Source of the DNA: an uncultured Candidatus Planktophila sp.
GTDB lineage: Bacteria; Actinomycetota; Actinomycetes; Nanopelagicales; Nanopelagicaceae
Reading direction: 5' to 3'
NCBI GenBank assembly: GCA_964562535.1
Contig: CAZLTK010000001.1
Location: 38,747-83,782 of the forward strand
DNA length: 45,036 nt
The notes under the pieces were generated by a model, which worked only from the letters and a program-made list of their open reading frames with translations, made no database searches and was not told the DNA's origin. The position numbers and the translations under genes are program-made. This document shows, in pieces, positions 39,010 through 45,036 of this stretch. Each line of letters opens with the position of its first letter. The first letter of the stretch is position 1.

Positions 39010-40551
39010 TTAGGCGTGCGAGAAGTGGCGTGTGCCAGTAAAAAACATTGCAATCCCTGCGGCGTTTGCTGCTGCAATTACTTCTTCATCGCGAACGCTG
39101 CCGCCTGGCTGTACAACTGCTGTAACACCGGCATCGATAAGAATCTGTAAACCATCTGCAAACGGGAAGAAAGCATCACTTGCCGCAACTGTTCCGGCAG
39201 CGCGATCACCAGCACGCGCAACTGCGAGTTTTGCAGAATCCACGCGATTTACTTGGCCCATTCCAATTCCGATTGCTGCCCCATCGTGTGCCAACAAGAT
39301 TGCATTGCTCTTAACTGCGCGCACCGAGCGCCAAGCAAATTCGAGATCAGCTAAAACTTCAGTGGAAACTGCAGCACCTGTCACTTGTTTCCAGTTAGCT
39401 GGAGAATCACCTTCGGCACTGATCTTGTCGGTATCTTGCAGAAGTACTCCACCTGATACGGGGCGAATTTCAAAGGGCGATAGAAAAGTATTAGCGCAGG
39501 TGAGAATTCTGATGGAAGGTTTACGCATCAGAATTTCCAACGCTTCTGGTTCGTACTCAGGAGCGATTATTACTTCAGTAAAAATCTGAGACAGAGGTTG
39601 GGCCATAGCAACGGTTACTTTGCGATTTGCAGCTACGACTCCCCCAAATGCTGAAACCGGATCACATGCATGCGCTGCTAAATAAGCGCTAGCGATATCT
39701 TTTCCAGTTGCTATTCCACATGGGTTGGCATGTTTAATGATTGCAACACAAGGCTGTTGGTGATCTAACGCTGCACGCCAAGCGGCATCAGCATCGGTGT
39801 AGTTATTAAATGACATCTCTTTGCCATGGCTCTGCACGGCGTTAACAATTCCGGGAGGACCACCGCGATAGATCGCCGCCTTCTGATGCGGGTTCTCGCC
39901 ATAACGAAGTGAGCTCTCGCGTTTCCAGATCAAGCCAAACCAATCTGGAATATCCATACTGATCTGTGTGCCGAGCCAACTAGCGATTGTTAAATCATAT
40001 TCAGCAGTGGTGCGGAAAACTTCTAAAGCAAAGCGGCGACGTTCATCGAGCGTTGTTCCACCAGCCTTTATCGCGGCAAACAAGTCGTCGTACTGCGAAA
40101 CTTTTGAGATAACAGCAACCGAGCCATGGTTCTTTGCCGCACCGCGCAGCATTGATGGACCACCGATATCAATTTGTTCGATGCATTCGGCATATTCGGC
40201 GCCAGAAATGATCGTCTGCAAGAACGGATAGAGATTTATAACAACTAAATCAAAAGGCTCGATATCCAAATCTGCTATCGCCGCTAAATGTTCGGGATTA
40301 TCTTGATCGGCCAATATGCCTGAGTGAATCTTTGGGTGCAGGGTCTTTACGCGACCACCCATAATCTCGGGAAAGCCGGTGTAAGAACTGACTTCAGTAA
40401 CTGCGTAACCTGCTTGAGCTAACGTCTTTGCAGTAGATCCAGTTGAAAGTATTTCAATCTTGGCTTCAGTTAAAACTTTGCCGAGTTCTAAAAGACGATC
40501 TTTATCGTAAACGCTTACGAGTGCGCGACGGATAGCTTTACGGTCAGTCAT
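39010..40551 (-). CDS. purH: AICAR transformylase / IMP cyclohydrolase
   Basis: [54 protein letters not shown]. Confidence 0.97.
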   Translation of the reverse strand: MTDRKAIRRALVSVYDKDRLLELGKVLTEAKIEILSTGSTAKTLAQAGYAVTEVSSYTGFPEIMGGRVKTLHPKIHSGILADQDNPEHLAAIADLDIEPFDLVVINLYPFLQTIISGAEYAECIEQIDIGGPSMLRGAAKNHGSVAVISKVSQYDDLFAAIKAGGTTLDERRRFALEVFRTTAEYDLTIASWLGTQISMDIPDWFGLIWKRESSLRYGENPHQKAAIYRGGPPGIVNAVQSHGKEMSFNNYTDADAAWRAALDHQQPCVAIIKHANPCGIATGKDIASAYLAAHACDPVSAFGGVVAANRKVTVAMAQPLSQIFTEVIIAPEYEPEALEILMRKPSIRILTCANTFLSPFEIRPVSGGVLLQDTDKISAEGDSPANWKQVTGAAVSTEVLADLEFAWRSVRAVKSNAILLAHDGAAIGIGMGQVNRVDSAKLAVARAGDRAAGTVAASDAFFPFADGLQILIDAGVTAVVQPGGSVRDEEVIAAANAAGIAMFFTGTRHFSHA

Positions 40552-41122
40552 GAGACCTCACGGATTCGTTCAGTAGTTTTTGCAACGTCGCGACATAGAG
40601 ACGTCGTTCCACAATCTTAATGCGTTCATGCAGCGACTCTTCAGTATCGCTAGGCACAATTTCAACTTCTTCCTGAGCAATGATCGTTCCGGTATCAACT
40701 CCCGCATCAACCCAATGGATTGTGGTCCCAGTTTTTCCAGCACCAGCAGCCAGCGCATCGCGAACTGCGTGGGCGCCTGGAAAGAGGGGTAACAAAGCTG
40801 GATGGCTATTTACGATCTTAAATTTAGATACACAATCGGCCGAAAGGATCCGCATAAAGCCCGCACTAACAACGAGGTCAGGCTGTAAATCTGCTAGCGC
40901 TGAAATAATTTGTAGATCCCAATCCAAACGATTTGCTGACATCGCAATTACTTTGCTTGGGATGCCTGCTGACTTTGCGCGCTTCAATACCTCAGCGCTT
41001 GCTTGATCAGAGATAACGCAGGCGATCTCTACGGTTAAATCACCCTTTTGCTGCGCATCGATAATTGCTTGGGCGATACTTCCGCTACCTGAAGCCAGAA
41101 TTACGATGCGCGAATTAGTCAT
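40544..41122 (-). CDS. purN: phosphoribosylglycinamide formyltransferase
   Basis: [36 protein letters not shown]. Confidence 0.95.
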   Translation of the reverse strand: MTNSRIVILASGSGSIAQAIIDAQQKGDLTVEIACVISDQASAEVLKRAKSAGIPSKVIAMSANRLDWDLQIISALADLQPDLVVSAGFMRILSADCVSKFKIVNSHPALLPLFPGAHAVRDALAAGAGKTGTTIHWVDAGVDTGTIIAQEEVEIVPSDTEESLHERIKIVERRLYVATLQKLLNESVRSHD

Positions 41123-42195
41123 CGTTTAGCGCGGATTCTTACCTGCGGCAGAAGGACCACCAACGCGATCCCGATCGCGATTTCTACTGCAATTGAAAGT
41201 GTGAACTTCCAGATAGATAAGCCAACTGCGCTCATAGCCGGTGTCATTAAGGCACCGCTGGCTAGATAACTCAAAAGAGCGGCTGCAATCAAGAGTTGTA
41301 CGAAACTTTGAATAAGCGTTGTGGTGCTCGAGCTCTGCGCCCAGATCGCAAGCGCAGCGCCAACAGCAACAACTAGTGCGACCGCAATTAGCGCCCACCG
41401 TGAGGAAGTTGTTGGAAGCACTGATAGAAGAGGAAGTGCTGGTAGTTCACCTAAGCGATGTGTAAATGGTGAGACCAAAGTTCCGGCGCCAACTGCAAAG
41501 CCAGTTCCGGTGAAGTATCCGAGGATTGATAGCGCCGCATTGGGAAGATAGAAAGCATTTAGCGCAAAGAGTAAGAAAGAGCCCAGAATCCCCGGTTGCA
41601 AGACGATTGAGATATTTTTAAAGGTCGCGGTATTTGTAAAGATTAAAATGGCAAGAATAATAAATGAGAAGCCAAGCAAGATGGCTAGTACTCGGCTTGC
41701 TAAAGATGCGGCCTGCGAAATTCGAACTCGTGATCCGGCAGTTAACGTCGCTAGGTATGCGATACCAAATGTGAATATGGGCGTTAGATACCACTGTGGT
41801 GAAACGTTGGTTGAAAGACTAAAGAGAGAAAGCAAGGTTGCGACCAAGGCGTACTGGCCGGCAAAGATAGTTCGAACGCTATTTAAATTATGAAAGTCGC
41901 CATGTAATTTACTAAGGGCTTTAGTGAATCCGATTCGAAGTGCAAAGAATGGAATCAACATCGCACCTATTGGAAGGAAAGATAGATACCCAATCGTTGT
42001 TCCACTTAAGTTAAATGGAATGTGGTGCGCACCTAGCCAGAGCCAGAGCGCAGCGCGCATGGGATCTGAAGTATTTCCAGTTGCGCTTCCAGCTGTCGCC
42101 CAGGCAATTAGAGATATAAAGGCAAGCGGAAGAAGGATTACAAAGACGCTACGCAAAACCTGTGCAAACGAGACCGCTAGGACACGTTGCAACAT
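41119..42195 (-). CDS. DUF6350 / PerM-like integral membrane protein
   Basis: WLWLGAH, YLPNA, G.GF.VG, LPALPLL motifs; conserved sucD-X-purN position in actinobacteria. Confidence 0.8.
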   Translation of the reverse strand: MLQRVLAVSFAQVLRSVFVILLPLAFISLIAWATAGSATGNTSDPMRAALWLWLGAHHIPFNLSGTTIGYLSFLPIGAMLIPFFALRIGFTKALSKLHGDFHNLNSVRTIFAGQYALVATLLSLFSLSTNVSPQWYLTPIFTFGIAYLATLTAGSRVRISQAASLASRVLAILLGFSFIILAILIFTNTATFKNISIVLQPGILGSFLLFALNAFYLPNAALSILGYFTGTGFAVGAGTLVSPFTHRLGELPALPLLSVLPTTSSRWALIAVALVVAVGAALAIWAQSSSTTTLIQSFVQLLIAAALLSYLASGALMTPAMSAVGLSIWKFTLSIAVEIAIGIALVVLLPQVRIRAKR

Positions 42196-42202
42196 TGCAG
42201 AC

Positions 42203-43084
42203 TTAGCGTCCGAGAATGGCGCGCATTAAGCGCGCAGTTTCACTTGGAGTTTGTCCGACCTTTACGCCAGCTGCCTCAAGAGCATCTTTCTTTGCTTGCG
42301 CAGTTCCAGATGAACCAGAAACGATGGCGCCAGCATGGCCCATCGTCTTTCCTTCTGGCGCAGTAAATCCAGCGACGTAACCTACAACTGGCTTTGTTAC
42401 ATATTCGGCGATAAATGCAGCAGCGCGCTCTTCAGCATCTCCGCCGATTTCACCGATCATAACGATTGCAGTTGTATCAGGATCATCTTGAAAAGCCCTT
42501 AAGCAATCAATATGTGTTGTACCGATTACGGGATCTCCGCCAATACCAACTGCTGTAGAAAATCCGATATCGCGAAGTTCGTACATCATTTGGTAGGTAA
42601 GTGTTCCGGACTTAGAAACTAAACCGATTGGTCCGCGCTTGGTGATATCTGCAGGAATGATTCCGACATTTGATTGTTCTGGGCTGATTAGACCTGGGCA
42701 GTTTGGCCCGATGATCTGCGTTGTGCCCTTTTGAACTGAATATGCGTAGAAGTATGCAGAGTCATGAACTGGAATACCTTCAGTGATCACAACAACTAGC
42801 GGCATCTTGGCATCAATAGCATCGATGACCGCAGCCTTTGCAAACTTTGGTGGAACGAAGACAACTGAAACATTTGCGCCAGTTGCAGCCATCGCTTCAG
42901 CAACAGTGTTAAAGACCGGAAGTTGATGGCCATCGATATCAACGCTTTGTCCGCCTTTACCTGGCGTCACGCCACCAACAACTTTGGTGCCGGAAGCCAA
43001 CATGCGACGAGTGTGCTTGGTTCCTTCGGAACCAGTCATTCCCTGAACAATTACCTTGCTTGCAGAATTAATAAAGATAGACAT
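42203..43084 (-). CDS. sucD: succinyl-CoA synthetase alpha subunit
   Basis: [31 protein letters not shown] phospho-His. Confidence 0.97.
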   Translation of the reverse strand: MSIFINSASKVIVQGMTGSEGTKHTRRMLASGTKVVGGVTPGKGGQSVDIDGHQLPVFNTVAEAMAATGANVSVVFVPPKFAKAAVIDAIDAKMPLVVVITEGIPVHDSAYFYAYSVQKGTTQIIGPNCPGLISPEQSNVGIIPADITKRGPIGLVSKSGTLTYQMMYELRDIGFSTAVGIGGDPVIGTTHIDCLRAFQDDPDTTAIVMIGEIGGDAEERAAAFIAEYVTKPVVGYVAGFTAPEGKTMGHAGAIVSGSSGTAQAKKDALEAAGVKVGQTPSETARLMRAILGR

Positions 43085-44250
43085 TACTTTGCCGCCAATT
43101 CTGCAGCGCGTGATGCTGCTCCATCCATAGTTTCAGCCTGCTCAATAAGCGGGTGGTTGGCTGCCTTCAAAATTGAGCGACCTTCAAGGACGTTGTTGCC
43201 ATCAAGGCGAACAACTATTGGCTTAGTGGCCTTTGCACCAAGTAGTTCAAGTGCTTGCACAATGCCGTTTGCAACAGCGTCACAAGCGGTGATTCCGCCG
43301 AATACATTTACAAATACGCTCTTTACATCAGGATCACCCAAGATGATTGAGAGTCCATCGGCCATTACTTGGGCAGAAGCTCCGCCACCGATGTCGAGGA
43401 AGTTTGCTGGGCGCATACCGCCGAATTTTTCGCCAGCATATGCAACGACATCGAGCGTTGACATAACCAGACCGGCACCGTTGCCGATGATTCCAACCTG
43501 ACCGTTATCTAGCTTTACGTAATTCAAACCTTTTTCTTTAGCCGCCGCTTCAAGCGCGTTTGCCGCATCGTGATCTACAAGCGCCTCATGTGTTGGTTGA
43601 CGAAATTCTGCGTTGTCATCGAGAGTCACTTTGCCATCGAGTGCGATGATGCGACCATCTTCGGTCTTAACAAGTGGGTTAATTTCAACGAGAGTGGCAT
43701 CTTCAGATTGGAAGGTCTCCCATAGTTTTACAAGAACATCTGCAACTTGATCTGCAATATCTGCTGGGAACTTTGCCTGCGCAACGATCTCTTTCGCCTT
43801 AGCAAGTGAAATTCCATCGACCGCAGTTACTGGAACCTTGGCAAGTTTTTCAGGTGCGGTATGTGCAACTTCTTCGATATCCATACCACCGGCAACTGAT
43901 GCCATTACAAGGAATGTACGATTCGAGCGATCTAGCAAAATCGACATGTAGTACTCGTCCACGATTGGCGCAGCTTGCGCGATCATCACTTTGTGAACTG
44001 TGTGGCCTTTAATATCCATTCCGAGAATGGCGCCAGCTTTTTCTTTGGCATCGTTTGCATCAACGGCAAGTTTTACACCGCCTGCTTTTCCGCGACCGCC
44101 AACTTTTACTTGGGCTTTAACAACTACCTTTCCACCCATGGCAGATGCTGCAGTGCATGCTTCATCAGCGGTAGTTGCAACAGCGCCTGCTAAAACAGGT
44201 ACGCCGTGCTTTTCAAAGAGGTCACGTGCTTGATATTCAAAGAGATCCAC
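43084..44250 (-). CDS. sucC: succinyl-CoA synthetase beta subunit
   Basis: [50 protein letters not shown]. Confidence 0.97.
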   Translation of the reverse strand: MDLFEYQARDLFEKHGVPVLAGAVATTADEACTAASAMGGKVVVKAQVKVGGRGKAGGVKLAVDANDAKEKAGAILGMDIKGHTVHKVMIAQAAPIVDEYYMSILLDRSNRTFLVMASVAGGMDIEEVAHTAPEKLAKVPVTAVDGISLAKAKEIVAQAKFPADIADQVADVLVKLWETFQSEDATLVEINPLVKTEDGRIIALDGKVTLDDNAEFRQPTHEALVDHDAANALEAAAKEKGLNYVKLDNGQVGIIGNGAGLVMSTLDVVAYAGEKFGGMRPANFLDIGGGASAQVMADGLSIILGDPDVKSVFVNVFGGITACDAVANGIVQALELLGAKATKPIVVRLDGNNVLEGRSILKAANHPLIEQAETMDGAASRAAELAAK

Positions 44251-44326
44251 AGATAACTACCATTCGAAGAATTACTAGCTCGTCTTTGTGCTAGCGGATG
44301 TGGATAATCCTAATCCTTGCGAAAGG

Positions 44327-45036
44327 CTACAAAACCACAACAGGGGCATAGCGCAGCAAGAGGCGTTTTTCGCCATATTGGCCGAAGTTGATCGTCGCCT
44401 CTGATTTATCGCCTTCACCCGCTAGCGCCACTACTGTGCCGAGTCCGAATGTGTCATGTGACACACGCTGACCAACTTCAAGAACCATCGCAGAAGATGT
44501 TTTGCCGGTCGCTCTCGGCGGAGGTGTTGTCGGAGTACGACGGCGAAGTCCAGAACTTCCAGATGAAGATGACGAACGCGCTTCGTTCTTCCATTCGATT
44601 AAATCAGTTGGAATTTCATCTAAGAAACGTGAACCAGGGTTGTATTTAGGAGTTCCAAAAGTTAAACGATATTCAGCGCGCGAAATATAAAGTCTTTTTT
44701 CGGCGCGTGTTAAACCAACGTATGCCAGGCGACGTTCTTCTTCAATCTCTTTGGGATCATCCAAGGTACGCGCATGCGGAAAGATTCCATCTTCCATGCC
44801 GGTGAGAAATACCGTTGGAAATTCAAGACCTTTAGCAGTGTGCAGAGTCATCAAAGTTACGACTCCCCCGTGATCTTCACCATCAGGGATCTCGTCCGCA
44901 TCGGCAACGAGCGAAACTTTTTCGAGGAATCCAGAGAGTGAAATTTCTTCATCTTCGCCGAGCTCTTCAAAGGGACGCTCCTCATATTCCATAGATGCCG
45001 AGACAAGTTCCTTTAAGTTTTCAACTCGTACTTCAT
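44327..45036 (-). CDS. pcrA: PcrA/UvrD DNA helicase, 3' part (runs off the window)
   Basis: Frame stays open to the window edge (RVENLKEL); TLMTLHTAKGLEFP, EEERRLAYVGLTRA, SRFLDEIP; C-terminal tudor-like domain. Confidence 0.93.
   Translation of the reverse strand, partial: EVRVENLKELVSASMEYEERPFEELGEDEEISLSGFLEKVSLVADADEIPDGEDHGGVVTLMTLHTAKGLEFPTVFLTGMEDGIFPHARTLDDPKEIEEERRLAYVGLTRAEKRLYISRAEYRLTFGTPKYNPGSRFLDEIPTDLIEWKNEARSSSSSGSSGLRRRTPTTPPPRATGKTSSAMVLEVGQRVSHDTFGLGTVVALAGEGDKSEATINFGQYGEKRLLLRYAPVVVL

Noticed and set aside
39032-39589. 185-aa antisense ORF in purH (similarly 42923-43501 in sucCD and 36483-36845 in icd)
   Set aside because: Shadow ORFs opposite strongly conserved housekeeping genes.
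40544-41130. Possible ZMP/ZTP riboswitch before purN/purH
   Set aside because: The genes overlap directly, leaving no untranslated space, and I saw no motif.
1-45036. Mobile elements, prophage, CRISPR, defence systems, tRNA or rRNA
   Set aside because: No transposase, integrase or cas ORFs and no repeat-spacer arrays seen. The few larger intergenic gaps are explained by promoters, leaders and terminators.

Overview
A 45 kb, roughly 47% GC (by eye), very gene-dense chromosomal window from a streamlined actinobacterium. Gene content and order fit the freshwater acI lineage (Ca. Nanopelagicales, Planktophila-like); this is inference. It holds about 45 CDSs with tiny or overlapping intergenic spaces and many apparently leaderless TANNNT promoters. 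In order: DUF3117, a stand-alone sigma region-4 protein, SRPBCC, LOG and dapD; a cell-envelope cluster (SpoIID/LytB, Wzt/Wzm, GT2, LCP, ugd); purEK; birA and an acyl-CoA carboxylase operon; a nucleoside catabolism cluster (phosphomutase, deoC, a split ALDH16-like pair, add, deoA, cdd, BMP); trpS; a CNNM/CBS protein; msiK with its msiK-type leader RNA; a sugar locus (araA, glucose-type ABC transporter, MtnK/APH-like kinase, divergent enolase paralog); an S51 peptidase; icd-mdh; folD; purHN; sucCD; and the 3' part of pcrA. I saw no rRNA, tRNA, CRISPR array or mobile element. The most interesting element is the kinase plus enolase paralog directly downstream of the sugar ABC genes. The enolase carries paired active-site changes (QE to QD, SHRS to SARS), which suggests an uncharacterised sugar or sugar-acid catabolic route. 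Several candidate regulatory elements are also reported.
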